A stretch of DNA of 64,000 nucleotides, taken from NCBI GenBank assembly GCA_964454975.1, contig CAYVVD010000008.1:52915-116914 (forward strand), read 5' to 3'. This DNA comes from an uncultured Hyphomicrobiales bacterium (GTDB lineage Bacteria; Bacteroidota; Ignavibacteria; Kapaibacteriales; UBA2268). The notes under the pieces are model-generated. The model made no database searches. It was not told the DNA's origin and saw nothing but the letters and a program-made list of their open reading frames with translations. Position 1 is the stretch's first letter; every line of letters begins with the position of its first letter. Below are positions 11,177-21,794 of the stretch, one piece after another. Position numbers and translations under genes: made by a program.

Positions 11177-13432
11177 TTAATTCTTAATTATATCCGGTTG
11201 GTGAATGTTCTTGCAGATCTTGCAAATAAGCACTTTCTGGTTGGTTATTATCTGAACATCATTCAGCAGCGTAAGGTAGAGCATGCTCCTGCGCATATTA
11301 GCCTGGTTTTTCTTAACTCTGATTAGCTGGTTTTTCTTAAATTTCAGCACCATCTTATTCATTTCACTGTTGAGCTCATCCAGCGTTTCAAGAAGGTGAT
11401 ATTCTTTTTCCGAAATTATCTTGTGGATGGAATCATCAATGTAATTATATTTTTCAGCGATTTGATGAATTTCTTCAAGTTGATATTTGATGAATGGCTC
11501 GTGACTGTTATCAAAGTAATTGAAAGTCATGCTTGACATATTGATCATCCGATCCGATAATTCGGTTATGTACGCAAGCGAGCGGATATACTGCTGTCTT
11601 TCTTCGATTTCGTTTTCGTGAACAAGCTGCAAGAATTTCAGAATTTCTGAGCAGAGAATGTTTCCTTCAATGTTTATCTTATCTGCCCTTTTACTTGCAG
11701 TTTTCAACTTTTTATAATCCTTTTTTTCAATACCTGAAAATACTTTCCTTACTGTCTTGGAAGAGTTCATTACATAGCTAAGCATATCCTCGCAAATCAT
11801 ATCGAGTTTTGACTGTAGTAACTTTTCCTGTCTTTGAATCATCTTATCTTTTTCATTGAACTCTTTTTCGCGTCCCTTGTGTACTACAGCAGTTCGGTAA
11901 AGTGTAATTGCAGCAAGTGCAACAAAACCTCCTAACGTCCATGCCCCGCCATAGTAGAGAAGCAAAGCGATTGTACCGGCGACCATCGAAGCTGAAAGTG
12001 CCGTGAAGAACCATCCGCCGATAACGGTAATAACACCGGATACCCTGTAAACAGCGCTTTCCCTACCCCAGGCTTTGTCAGGAAGGGCTGCAGCCATAGC
12101 CACAATAAATGTGACATAAGTTGTGGATAGTGGCAACTTGGCAAATGTAGCAAGCGAAATCAATCCTGCGGAAACCATTAGAATTACTGCTGCTCGGAGA
12201 AGGTCGAATGCCGGTGCATCATTGTCCTTTGTTTCTTCCGGCTGGTATTTGGAACTGTCGAACCTTTCTTGAAAAACACGTTGAATAAAGAGGGGAGTTA
12301 TCTTTTTAACGAAAGTAAAGAAAATTAATACTATCCTTACAATTGCCCTTGCTAAAACATTAGAATCAAATCTTTCATATCCCTCATTCTGCCGGCTGAG
12401 GCGGATTGTTGTAAGCGCAACTCCATGAGCCTTTTTCGAAAAGAAAAGCGTAGAAACCATCACAAGCCCGGCAATTAGCAGCATCCATGTTTCAGCCATA
12501 ACGGGTGTATTTAGCACACTCATGTCGGCTGATGCGGGGTTTGGAGTTGAATAGGCATACTGGTAAGCATGCAGGCCGGCTAACGGCGCACCGATAAAGT
12601 TAACCAGGTCGTTTGCAGCAAATGCCAGGGCAAGGGAGAATGTTCCGAATAAAACGATTATCTTCAGGACATTGATTTTTGTGAACATTATCAGCAACTG
12701 AAGAATGATAGTCCACAAAACAAAGCTTGCCGTCAGGATATAAATTGTGTTTTGCTTAATCGTATCGGCAAGCTCGGGTGTCATAAATGATGCGCCTTTA
12801 ATTCCTTTCAGCATAATGAAGAATGTAAGGCATGTTAGGGCAAGCCCTGCCCAAATTGAACCAAATTTTCTAAATTTTTCCTTGTATCCAAATGTAAACA
12901 GGAAGCGCGTGAGGTACTGAAAGAAAGCACCGGCAATAAACGCGATAACAATAGAAAATAAAATTGCAGAAACAATCTCAAGGACTTTATCAGAATTCAG
13001 GTACATAATTGCATCGCCAAGGTTCATACCCTTTTCAAGCACTTTGATTACTGACAATGCAAGTGAACTACCTAACAAACCAAAAATAACAGACACAGTT
13101 GTTGAGGTAGGAAGGCCAAATGTATTGAAAAGATCGAGAAGAAAGATATCTTGGAACATCACGGCAACGAATATTATCAACAGCTCGCCAACAATGAAAA
13201 ACTGCGGATTGAAAATACCCGAACGCGCGATTTCCATCATACCGCCTGAAAGTGTCACACCAACCAAAACACCAATCGCTGCTACAAGGAGAATTATCCT
13301 GAATGGGGCTGCCTTTGAACCAATTGCGGAATTTAAAAAGTTAACAGCGTCATTTGCCACACCAACTGTGAGGTCAACGATTGCAAGAACAATCAGCACA
13401 ATGACAATAATTAGATTAATATCCACAGGCAT
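11177..13432 (-). CDS. Inorganic phosphate transporter, PiT family, long form with a C-terminal PhoU-like domain
   Basis: 751-aa ORF. It has the PHO4 signature GANDAVNF twice, multiple TM segments, and a C-terminal helical PhoU-like region. Confidence 0.88.
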   Translation of the reverse strand: MPVDINLIIVIVLIVLAIVDLTVGVANDAVNFLNSAIGSKAAPFRIILLVAAIGVLVGVTLSGGMMEIARSGIFNPQFFIVGELLIIFVAVMFQDIFLLDLFNTFGLPTSTTVSVIFGLLGSSLALSVIKVLEKGMNLGDAIMYLNSDKVLEIVSAILFSIVIAFIAGAFFQYLTRFLFTFGYKEKFRKFGSIWAGLALTCLTFFIMLKGIKGASFMTPELADTIKQNTIYILTASFVLWTIILQLLIMFTKINVLKIIVLFGTFSLALAFAANDLVNFIGAPLAGLHAYQYAYSTPNPASADMSVLNTPVMAETWMLLIAGLVMVSTLFFSKKAHGVALTTIRLSRQNEGYERFDSNVLARAIVRIVLIFFTFVKKITPLFIQRVFQERFDSSKYQPEETKDNDAPAFDLLRAAVILMVSAGLISLATFAKLPLSTTYVTFIVAMAAALPDKAWGRESAVYRVSGVITVIGGWFFTALSASMVAGTIALLLYYGGAWTLGGFVALAAITLYRTAVVHKGREKEFNEKDKMIQRQEKLLQSKLDMICEDMLSYVMNSSKTVRKVFSGIEKKDYKKLKTASKRADKINIEGNILCSEILKFLQLVHENEIEERQQYIRSLAYITELSDRMINMSSMTFNYFDNSHEPFIKYQLEEIHQIAEKYNYIDDSIHKIISEKEYHLLETLDELNSEMNKMVLKFKKNQLIRVKKNQANMRRSMLYLTLLNDVQIITNQKVLICKICKNIHQPDIIKN

Positions 13433-13672
13433 CGGGGAAAAGTTTTATTGGAGGTTCTTTTTTAATGACTACTGACGCGATTAATTCCGGTTTCAAAAAA
13501 TAAATCCCGTTCATTAGCAAAATCAAAGTTCAAATATAAAAATTATAATATTCTAATCAGTTAACATATCTTAACAATTGATTCTTTTTGGGAAGTGTAA
13601 TTTATTAGACTTTAATAAATCCTGATGGAGCAGTTTTCTGATGATTTACAAACAATAAATTATGTTAACGAT

Positions 13673-14836
13673 TTAGAGCTGTGCCTGCTGCTTGATCAAA
13701 TCCCCGGTTTTGTTAATCATAATAACACTCAACTCGTCGCAAAGTAGATAGCCTTCAGGCGTCAACCTGATTTTGCCATTATCCTTAAAAGCATAGCCTT
13801 TTTTTATCCATTCCCCGGTTATGTCACCAAGCCTTTCTTCAACATTGAATCCGAATTTAGCTCCCATACAGGAAATATCGAGTCCGTCGGACCTTAGCCC
13901 GAGGTAAATCCGCTCGTTTAATTCTTCTTTGGTGCCTATCGTTTCAGTTCCTTCAACCGGCAGCCGTGATTCGCTGATTGATTTAATATACCTGTTGATA
14001 CTCCGCACATTCCAGTAGCGAATATTGCCGGTGTATCCATGCGCCGAGGGGCCGAAAGCAAAGTACCTGCCGCCATGCCAGATATCGAGGTTGTGCCTGC
14101 AATACTTCCCGGGTTTTGCATAATTGGATACTTCATAATGCTCAAAACCTGCATTTGTAAGCTTTTCAATACAATAAAGATACATTTCAAAATCAATTTC
14201 TTCAGGTTGTGCCTTTACTTTGCCGATAAGCAAATCTTTATAAAGCGGAGTTCCTTTCTCATATATCAGGCTGTATGCAGATATATGGTCGGTATTGCAG
14301 GAGATTGCTCTGCCAAGGGTATGCTGCCAGCTCTGCATTGTCTGGCCGGGGATTGAGTAAATAAGGTCGAGGCTTAGATTGTCGAAGCCGGCTGCACATG
14401 CTTTTTCTATTGCTCTTTCAGCTTCATCTTCATTGTGAATCCTCTCGAGGAAATAAAGCTCATTTTTATTAAATGACTGCACGCCTATACTTACCCTGTT
14501 AATGCCAGCATCACGGAATCCGTTCAACTTTTCTTCGAGAGTTGATCCCGGGTTGCACTCGGCGGTCATCTCTGCATCTGCTGTGAAATCTACATACACC
14601 TCCAATTTTTCAATTATGCTGCTTATCTGTTCAACAGTAAGCAGCGAGGGTGTACCGCCACCGAGGAACAAGCTGTTGCATTCGGGGCGTTTTCCATACT
14701 TAGTAAAAAATAATTCAATTTCTTTCAGAACCGCAAAAACAAAGTCGCCATTTCTGCCGAGTTCCTCAATAGAATAAAAGTCACAGTAAGAGCACTTGTG
14801 AACACAAAAAGGGAAGTGGATGTATATTCCGTGCAT
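13673..14836 (-). CDS. hemW: Radical SAM heme chaperone HemW (coproporphyrinogen III oxidase-like)
   Basis: 387-aa ORF. The YIHFPFCVHKCSYCDF motif is typical of HemW/HemN-like proteins. Confidence 0.88.
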   Translation of the reverse strand: MHGIYIHFPFCVHKCSYCDFYSIEELGRNGDFVFAVLKEIELFFTKYGKRPECNSLFLGGGTPSLLTVEQISSIIEKLEVYVDFTADAEMTAECNPGSTLEEKLNGFRDAGINRVSIGVQSFNKNELYFLERIHNEDEAERAIEKACAAGFDNLSLDLIYSIPGQTMQSWQHTLGRAISCNTDHISAYSLIYEKGTPLYKDLLIGKVKAQPEEIDFEMYLYCIEKLTNAGFEHYEVSNYAKPGKYCRHNLDIWHGGRYFAFGPSAHGYTGNIRYWNVRSINRYIKSISESRLPVEGTETIGTKEELNERIYLGLRSDGLDISCMGAKFGFNVEERLGDITGEWIKKGYAFKDNGKIRLTPEGYLLCDELSVIMINKTGDLIKQQAQL

Positions 14837-14967
14837 TTTTATAAGGTAATTTACAACATCTGCATTAGACGGAATGCCTTAGTTTATACTGTTCAAACTG
14901 AATAGTTGAATTTTCGGCAATGGAATTTATTATATTTAGAAGAATTTTTATTTAAAGCCCGGTAGTG

Positions 14968-16863
14968 ATGCTAAAGTCAATATTCAGTGACGTAAAATTC
15001 CGCTTTGATGATGAAACAGAGCAGCTCTACAGGAGTGAATCTTATTCTGCAAACATCACTGTAATTAGGATTTACCTTATTCTTTCGATTGTCCTTTTTG
15101 CATTGTTTGCGCTTTTAGACCAGCTCAGCCTGCCTGAAAGCTGGGGAACAGCATTTTTCATCCGTTTCTTTGTTGTTATTCCCGTACTCGTCCTGACTTT
15201 ATCCGTTAGCTATATGCCATTCTTTGAGCGTTATAATCAAAGGATACTCACTGTAGTCGCGATTGTGATGGCATACAGCATTCTGGTAATGATAGCTGTT
15301 TCAGATTCATCGGAAGTTGCATTTTTCAATTATTATCCGGGTTTGTTTATAATATCATTTTCTTCAATTATCCTTCTTCAGTTAAGGATGATTTACTCCA
15401 TAATATTGACAATCGCCGTAATTGCCGGGTACGAATTTGTAGTGTATTCAATCCAGGGTATGCATAAACTGGAATACAACTCTGAATTGTTTGCCATTTT
15501 TCTGAATAATAATATTTACTTCGTTTCAATAGCCTCCGGTGGTGTGATTGTAGGATTCATCCTGGAGTATTTTAAGCGAAAGAGTTTTATTTCGGGGCTT
15601 GAGATAAAAGTAAAGCTAAAAGAAATCGAAGAAAAAAACAGGGAGATATACAGGCAAAAAACAAACCTTACAAAAACACTTGATGAATTGAAAGCAACAC
15701 AGGAAAAGCTGACTTCGATTATCAATAATGACATAGCAGGGATTAACGTAATCGACCTCAACATGAGATATCTTTTTGTGAACCATGCCTGGTGCAGCAT
15801 GCTCGGTTATGAAGAAAGCGAATTGTTGCAAAAGAAAGTTCTTTATGTTACTCATGTGGATGATAAAGAAATAACCAACGATTTTTTCAAGCAGGCGATT
15901 GACGGTACACTTTGGGAATACCACCTCGAAAAGCGGTATATCCGCAAGGACGGCAGCACATTCTGGGGGGATTTGTTTATCTCACCGGTTTATAATGGTT
16001 CCGGCTCAATAGAATATGTTATTTCAATTATAGTTGATATTACTAACCGGAAAGCAATCGAGCAGAACCTGATTGAGTCGGAGCAAAACCTTCTTAAATC
16101 AAACAATGAAAAAGACAACTATCTAAACCAGCTTAAGTACGAATTAAAGGTCGCTGCCGGTTACGCGAAGTCGCTCCTGCCCGATGAAATTAATGAGGGT
16201 ATATTGCATGCCGAATGGCGTCTGATACCTTCCGCTGACCTCGGCGGCGACCACTTCGGTTACCACTGGATAGATAACGAACACTTCGCCATGTATCTTG
16301 TAGATGTATGCGGCCATGGTGTTGCGCCGGCTTTGCATGCCATTTCCGTGATTAATGTACTGCGGAACAAAACACTCCCCAATACAGATTTCACAGACCC
16401 GGTAAGCGTTTTAAGCTCTTTAAATAAGACATTCCAAATGGAAAAGCACAACGATATGTATTTCACGATGTGGTATGGAGTTTTCAATAAATACACAAGG
16501 GAGCTGCTTTATGCATCCGCGGGCCATCCGGGTGCAATGCTGATTGACATGGAAGGGAATCTAGACGTGCTCGAAACGGACAACTATGTAATGGGCGATA
16601 TTGAAGATTTTGATTACAAGAAAGCAGAGGTTCTCGTAAACGGAAAGGCATTTCTTTTTATCTTCTCCGATGGTGTGTTTGAAATCGAGACAGGGGAGCG
16701 GCAGATGTGGACACAGAATGACCTATACAATTTCCTGGGCGAGGAGCTGAAGAACCCGGAATCTGAGATAGATGCATTATATAATCACGCTATAAGTCTC
16801 AACAAGGGCAAGCTCGATGACGACTTCTCTATGCTCAAAATCACTTTCAACGGGAAGGAATAG
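14968..16863 (+). CDS. Membrane-anchored PAS-domain sensor fused to a PP2C/SpoIIE phosphatase
   Basis: About 6 N-terminal TM helices, then a coiled-coil, a PAS domain (NVIDLNMRYLFVNHAWCSMLGY) and a C-terminal SpoIIE domain (DLGGDHFGY, DVCGHGV). Confidence 0.8.
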   Translation: MLKSIFSDVKFRFDDETEQLYRSESYSANITVIRIYLILSIVLFALFALLDQLSLPESWGTAFFIRFFVVIPVLVLTLSVSYMPFFERYNQRILTVVAIVMAYSILVMIAVSDSSEVAFFNYYPGLFIISFSSIILLQLRMIYSIILTIAVIAGYEFVVYSIQGMHKLEYNSELFAIFLNNNIYFVSIASGGVIVGFILEYFKRKSFISGLEIKVKLKEIEEKNREIYRQKTNLTKTLDELKATQEKLTSIINNDIAGINVIDLNMRYLFVNHAWCSMLGYEESELLQKKVLYVTHVDDKEITNDFFKQAIDGTLWEYHLEKRYIRKDGSTFWGDLFISPVYNGSGSIEYVISIIVDITNRKAIEQNLIESEQNLLKSNNEKDNYLNQLKYELKVAAGYAKSLLPDEINEGILHAEWRLIPSADLGGDHFGYHWIDNEHFAMYLVDVCGHGVAPALHAISVINVLRNKTLPNTDFTDPVSVLSSLNKTFQMEKHNDMYFTMWYGVFNKYTRELLYASAGHPGAMLIDMEGNLDVLETDNYVMGDIEDFDYKKAEVLVNGKAFLFIFSDGVFEIETGERQMWTQNDLYNFLGEELKNPESEIDALYNHAISLNKGKLDDDFSMLKITFNGKE

Positions 16864-18942
16864 TCAATTACAAATCAAAGTGCATGTGTACCCGGTGGTA
16901 TCGAAACTGAATACAGCTGATTGAACCATTCCTTTGCCATATGTTTTAATCTCTAATCCGCTCCTGCTGAGGAGTTTTAATGCCGATGATTTGTCCCATC
17001 CGCTTAATTTAATTTTCGTGACTTTCTCCGGGGATGATACATCTTGAAGTGATAAATTGATTCTTCTGCCCTTGTTTAATTTTACACCTGGCTTTTCATC
17101 CTGCCCGGTTATAACGTCTCCCTTGCCGGTGAAGGACAATGTAAATCCGGATATTTTCGCCATGGCTTCTGCTTCTTCCCTGCTGAATCCTTTGAAGTCA
17201 GGTATTGTATTCTTACCGCCTGGTCTAACTGCGTCGTTCATCGGATTCAAACTTAGCCATGCAAGGACAATCTTTTTGAAGACAGGCGCTGCCACAGCGC
17301 CACCGTAGTAAGCACTCTTCGGCTTGTTGAGAACAACAATCATCGCCACCTGTGGGTAGTCTGCAGGGAAGAACCCTGCAAAGGAGGCAGTATAAGCCGA
17401 TTTGGAATATTTCCCTTCGATTATTTGCTGTGTTGTACCCGTTTTGCCTGCAATTTGAAATCCGGGTATTCTTGCACCCCGCCCCGAACCGCTGTCCACT
17501 ACACTTGTTATTAGCTTGCTAACCCTCGTTGCGGTGTTCTCAGATATAACCCTCCGGATTTTAACAGGATTGGCTTTGTATGATTCATTGCCTTCGGCAT
17601 CGGTAATGCTGCCTACAACGTAAGGCTTCATTAATTCACCCTTGTTTGCGATAGTAGCATAAGCGCAAAGCATCTGAAGAGGCGTTGCTGATATTCCGTA
17701 ACCGAAGCCGATGTATCTCTTAGAGGATGAATAAAAATCATCCGGTTTCTGCACGTTGCCGGTTACTTCGCCCGGCAGGTCAATATCGAGAGAAATACCA
17801 AAACCAAAATCGCGGATGTATTTATAAAAGCGCCTGTCCGGAATCTTATTTGCAATTTCTGAGAAGATGATGTTGCTGGAATGAATCATTGCTTCGCGGA
17901 AAGTAGCTTTGCCCAATGGGTGGACATCCCTGATTGTGAACTGGCTGAAAGTACGAACACCGTTGTAACCTGAATAAACATCGCTTTCCTTCACAATGCC
18001 TTCTTCAATAGCTGCGCTTGCAGTTACCGCTTTAAATGTGGAACCCGGCTCATATACTTCGGAGATACTTTTGATCTTCATCCCCCTGCCGGAACTTTCA
18101 CCGAGTTTGTTTGGATTGTAACCCGGATAAGAAGCCATTGCCAGAATTTCCCCTGTGCCGGGGTTAATGGCTATCACCGTGCCGTTTTCAGCGCCGGTTT
18201 CCCTGATTGCCTCGCCAAGCTCGTAATTGACAATTCGTTGTAGCTTGATATCGAGAGTAAGTTTTACCATTTTCCCGTTTTGCGGCTCCATAGATGGCAG
18301 TTCAGGGGATGGTCTGAGCCTTCCAAGGCCGTCGCGGTACATCATCATATACCCCGCTTTACCTGAGAGAATGGTGTCCATGCTTAATTCAAGCCCTGTC
18401 AGACCCTTGTTGTCAACATCAGTACAACCGGTTATCTGTGCTGCAGCATCGCCGTAGGGGTAATAGCGGCGGGACTCTGGTATTATTATAAGGCCATTGT
18501 CATTAATTTCATATAAATCAATCAACCTGTCCTTGTCAATTCCACGGACAAGATAGACAAACTCATCTTTGGCATTTTTTATTCTGCTAAGTAATGTATT
18601 CTTCGATAAATTTAACCGCCTTGCTATAACAGAGCAAATTTTGTCTTTATTTTTCAGCACTGTAGGGTCAACTGCTACTGAAATCTTCTTGATATTAACC
18701 GCCAGCTTGTTGCCATTCCTGTCGTAGATGCCTCCTCTCTCAGCAGGAAGCTCTATCCTCGACTCGTGCTGCCGCTTAGCTTTTTCGCGGTATTTTGCTG
18801 AATCAAGAACCTGGATAGAAAATAGTCGTCCTGCAATAACGAGCATTACGGCGGCAATAACAATAGTGATAAAAAGGAATTTCCAGAATTTCCTGTTATC
18901 GCGGCGAGGAGCATTATGAGTTTTTTCCCTATTCATCTTCAA
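16864..18942 (-). CDS. ftsI: Peptidoglycan D,D-transpeptidase FtsI (class B PBP) with C-terminal PASTA repeats
   Basis: 692-aa ORF with a TM anchor, a PBP dimerisation domain, the SxxK / SxN / KTG transpeptidase motifs and two PASTA-like repeats. It lies directly downstream of ftsL. Confidence 0.88.
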   Translation of the reverse strand: MKMNREKTHNAPRRDNRKFWKFLFITIVIAAVMLVIAGRLFSIQVLDSAKYREKAKRQHESRIELPAERGGIYDRNGNKLAVNIKKISVAVDPTVLKNKDKICSVIARRLNLSKNTLLSRIKNAKDEFVYLVRGIDKDRLIDLYEINDNGLIIIPESRRYYPYGDAAAQITGCTDVDNKGLTGLELSMDTILSGKAGYMMMYRDGLGRLRPSPELPSMEPQNGKMVKLTLDIKLQRIVNYELGEAIRETGAENGTVIAINPGTGEILAMASYPGYNPNKLGESSGRGMKIKSISEVYEPGSTFKAVTASAAIEEGIVKESDVYSGYNGVRTFSQFTIRDVHPLGKATFREAMIHSSNIIFSEIANKIPDRRFYKYIRDFGFGISLDIDLPGEVTGNVQKPDDFYSSSKRYIGFGYGISATPLQMLCAYATIANKGELMKPYVVGSITDAEGNESYKANPVKIRRVISENTATRVSKLITSVVDSGSGRGARIPGFQIAGKTGTTQQIIEGKYSKSAYTASFAGFFPADYPQVAMIVVLNKPKSAYYGGAVAAPVFKKIVLAWLSLNPMNDAVRPGGKNTIPDFKGFSREEAEAMAKISGFTLSFTGKGDVITGQDEKPGVKLNKGRRINLSLQDVSSPEKVTKIKLSGWDKSSALKLLSRSGLEIKTYGKGMVQSAVFSFDTTGYTCTLICN

Positions 18943-19276
18943 TTATTTCAGGGGGAGTTTCCGGCATTTTCATATTTAGCTTTGTTTCCGCAAGTGGGAT
19001 AATCCTTCCGGGTGATGACTTGCTCACTGCCATGGCTTCGAGCATTTCGCGTTCTTCAACAAGGGAAGAATAATGCTTCTCCAGTGTACGCACTTCCTGA
19101 AGCAGATTATTTACTGCCCAAACATTGCTTATGTAAAATACTATGGAGGCTGTTGCAATTACGAGATATAAAAAAATAATCCACCTGTTCAAGCTGAGCC
19201 AGCTTCGAAGCGCCGACCTGAATTCATCATCGCGGATTAAACCCTTAATTTCGATAAAATTTTTTGCAGCAGACAA
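18929..19276 (-). CDS. ftsL: Cell division protein FtsL
   Basis: 115-aa bitopic protein with a coiled-coil. Overlaps the ftsI start by 14 nt. Confidence 0.7.
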   Translation of the reverse strand: MSAAKNFIEIKGLIRDDEFRSALRSWLSLNRWIIFLYLVIATASIVFYISNVWAVNNLLQEVRTLEKHYSSLVEEREMLEAMAVSKSSPGRIIPLAETKLNMKMPETPPEIIEDE

Positions 19277-19427
19277 TTATTCCCCCATTTAAAAATAATA
19301 AAACATCAGGAAGATAAAAAGGTCAATTGCTAATTAAGCATAACTAAATCAATCTTTATTATTTTGTATAAAATCTCTAATTTGAATTTATGAATCTGAC
19401 AAACAGAAAAAGCTCCGCTGCAACACT

Positions 19428-20678
19428 ATGAGAAACGTTCTCGTAATTGCATATTATTTCCCGCCAATGGGGCTAAGCGGAGTCCAGAGGACACTCAAGT
19501 TTGTCAAATACCTTCCGGAGCACGGCTGGAATCCAATAGTCCTTACTTACACTCCTTCTATGTACTATGCCTTCGATGAATCACTCGAAAGCGAGCTGGG
19601 TGAAACAATTATTTACCGTACCGAACCCGAAAAAAAAAATAAGCAGGACAAAAAAACTGTAAAATATCCCTCGCGCCTCGCAGATAAGTTGCGAAAGATA
19701 ATTGTCCAGACTCTGATGCAGCCTGACAGCAAAGTTGGATGGAAAAAATATGCACTGAAAAAAGCTGAAGAAATTTATAAGGAGCATAAGGTTGATGTGG
19801 TTTTCACAACAGCCCCGCCATTTACAGATTTCCTTATTGCGCGGGAATTAAACAAGCGTTATGGAACTCCTTTCCTTGCTGATTACCGCGATTTGTGGGT
19901 TGATAATGCTTATTATTATTACTCAACTCCATTCCACAGGATGTATAGCATGGGGCTGGAACGCGATATACTTAACTCCGCCGGTAAAGTTGTGGTGATC
20001 TCGAGGGATATGAAAGAAAAGCTGCTGCAGCGCTACAAACTGATTTCGCATAACGATATTACAATAATACCGCATGGTTACGACAGCAGCGACTTCGAGA
20101 ATGTGGATTTTGTTAAAGACGACACTAAATTCACGATTACTCATACAGGGCTGTTCCCCGATGATTTAACACCCAGGTATTTCCTGAAAGCATTGTCGAG
20201 ATTTTTTGCGAATAATCCGAAAGCAAAGAAAGAGACAGAGCTGCGCCTTGTTGGCCTGATGAAGAAAGAGCATCTGAACCTGCTGAAAAAATATAAATTG
20301 GACGAGATAACAAAAACACCCGGTTACGTAAATCACTCCGAATCGGTAAAGAATTTACTCGAGTCTGATTTATTATGGATGATGATTCCAAACAAATTAG
20401 TTACGCCGGGCAGGCTTTTTGAATATATAGGCGCCGATAAGCCCATTTTGCTGAATGCACCTGAAGGCAGCATGCGGAAATTGGCAACAGATACAAAAGC
20501 TGCAATTGTCTCTGATGTAAAGGATATTGGCTCAATAGAGAAAGCAATAGCTTCGTTTTACAAGCTGTGGAAAAGCGGAAGTCTGCCAAAACCTTCCCGG
20601 GAATATACAGCCAATTTTGACAGACGCTACTTAGCAGGCGAACTTGCTCGTGAATTATCCCTGATTGCTGAAATATAG
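19428..20678 (+). CDS. GT-B fold glycosyltransferase (GT4-like)
   Basis: 416-aa ORF with the N-terminal YYFPP GT4-like motif and a C-terminal nucleotide-sugar-binding region. Confidence 0.65.
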   Translation: MRNVLVIAYYFPPMGLSGVQRTLKFVKYLPEHGWNPIVLTYTPSMYYAFDESLESELGETIIYRTEPEKKNKQDKKTVKYPSRLADKLRKIIVQTLMQPDSKVGWKKYALKKAEEIYKEHKVDVVFTTAPPFTDFLIARELNKRYGTPFLADYRDLWVDNAYYYYSTPFHRMYSMGLERDILNSAGKVVVISRDMKEKLLQRYKLISHNDITIIPHGYDSSDFENVDFVKDDTKFTITHTGLFPDDLTPRYFLKALSRFFANNPKAKKETELRLVGLMKKEHLNLLKKYKLDEITKTPGYVNHSESVKNLLESDLLWMMIPNKLVTPGRLFEYIGADKPILLNAPEGSMRKLATDTKAAIVSDVKDIGSIEKAIASFYKLWKSGSLPKPSREYTANFDRRYLAGELARELSLIAEI

Positions 20679-20797
20679 CAACCAATTAATTAACATAGCG
20701 TAAATAATAAGCAGTTTCTTAGTTTCTAATTTCTTTGTAATTTTGGCTTCACAACATTGATAATAATTAAGAGTTTTTCATTTACAGGAGACGAGAT

Positions 20798-21769
20798 ATG
20801 AATCTAAAATCGATTAAAGGGATTTTAACTTTATTGTTCCTTTCGCTGTTTGTATTTACTGCATGCGAAGAAACAACCGACCCGGAACCTACTGTTCTAA
20901 AACCGGGAGCGCCTTCAAATCTGCAGGCAACATCCCAAAATGATACAACTGTTATTCTGAAGTGGACAGCATCGGCTTCAGCTTCGGATACCACAAAGTA
21001 CATCCTTACTGTTACTGCATCAGGGCAGGGCCCGATGGCACCGGTAGAAATCCCGAGCACTGAAACTACATTCGAAGTAACCGGCCTTGAAGAAGGCATT
21101 ATTTACCTCTTTGAGATGATTTCAGAGTTTGACGGCGGAGCACAAAGCGAAGGAAAGGCAACTGTGCAGTGGTCGCCTGCATCGAGATTTGAACAGACTA
21201 CAGGCAATGTTCCAATCAGGCTTTACGGGCATCAGTCGCAATTTGGCTCAGGACTTGATTTATTTTTCAATGACCCGGACTTCCCGGATGATTCCGGACC
21301 CGAAGTACTGACAATTACACAGAAGGACAGGTGGGATATTGCAGTTGATACAAGGAATAGTGGACTGATTATTGGCTCTGCAAGCCAGATTTCACTTGGT
21401 TCAGGAGATCCTGAAGGTACTACCGAAATTAGTGACAAGAGATTCCAGGTTCAGTCTCTTGATGATGTTTTCGGCAGTGAAGCACTGGATGCTGACCAGA
21501 CATTTACCGAGCAAACAATAAACCTTCTCGATGGAGGATTAGACCAGAACAACAATCTTGTATTCATCGTCAGGACTAAAAATGATGCCGCAGATGCAGC
21601 ATGGAACTATGTGAAAGTAATCGTTCTGCGCGGCCAGGATGGAAATTTCCTCCAGGGAAGCGGTTCAGATATCTATGTTGAAGTAATATTGTCATACCAG
21701 ACAGAAGCAGGTATTCCATACGCAGGTATTGAAGGATTTCGCCCGAAATCTGAAAATATCAGCAGGTAA
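20798..21769 (+). CDS. Lipoprotein with a fibronectin type III-like domain
   Basis: Signal peptide with a lipobox (FTAC), followed by an FN3-like segment (PSNLQATSQNDTTVILKW). Confidence 0.6.
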   Translation: MNLKSIKGILTLLFLSLFVFTACEETTDPEPTVLKPGAPSNLQATSQNDTTVILKWTASASASDTTKYILTVTASGQGPMAPVEIPSTETTFEVTGLEEGIIYLFEMISEFDGGAQSEGKATVQWSPASRFEQTTGNVPIRLYGHQSQFGSGLDLFFNDPDFPDDSGPEVLTITQKDRWDIAVDTRNSGLIIGSASQISLGSGDPEGTTEISDKRFQVQSLDDVFGSEALDADQTFTEQTINLLDGGLDQNNNLVFIVRTKNDAADAAWNYVKVIVLRGQDGNFLQGSGSDIYVEVILSYQTEAGIPYAGIEGFRPKSENISR

Positions 21770-21794
21770 TTGTTAATTAAACGGGGAATTTTAA

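Noticed and set aside
13044-13475. 143-aa + strand ORF overlapping the PiT transporter gene, and similar antisense ORFs elsewhere
   Set aside because: These are shadow ORFs of strongly supported genes on the opposite strand, with no recognisable motifs. Examples: 2507-2761, 7356-7574, 11045-11326, 15516-15924, 33385-34105, 39840-40259, 40898-41709, 57766-58065.
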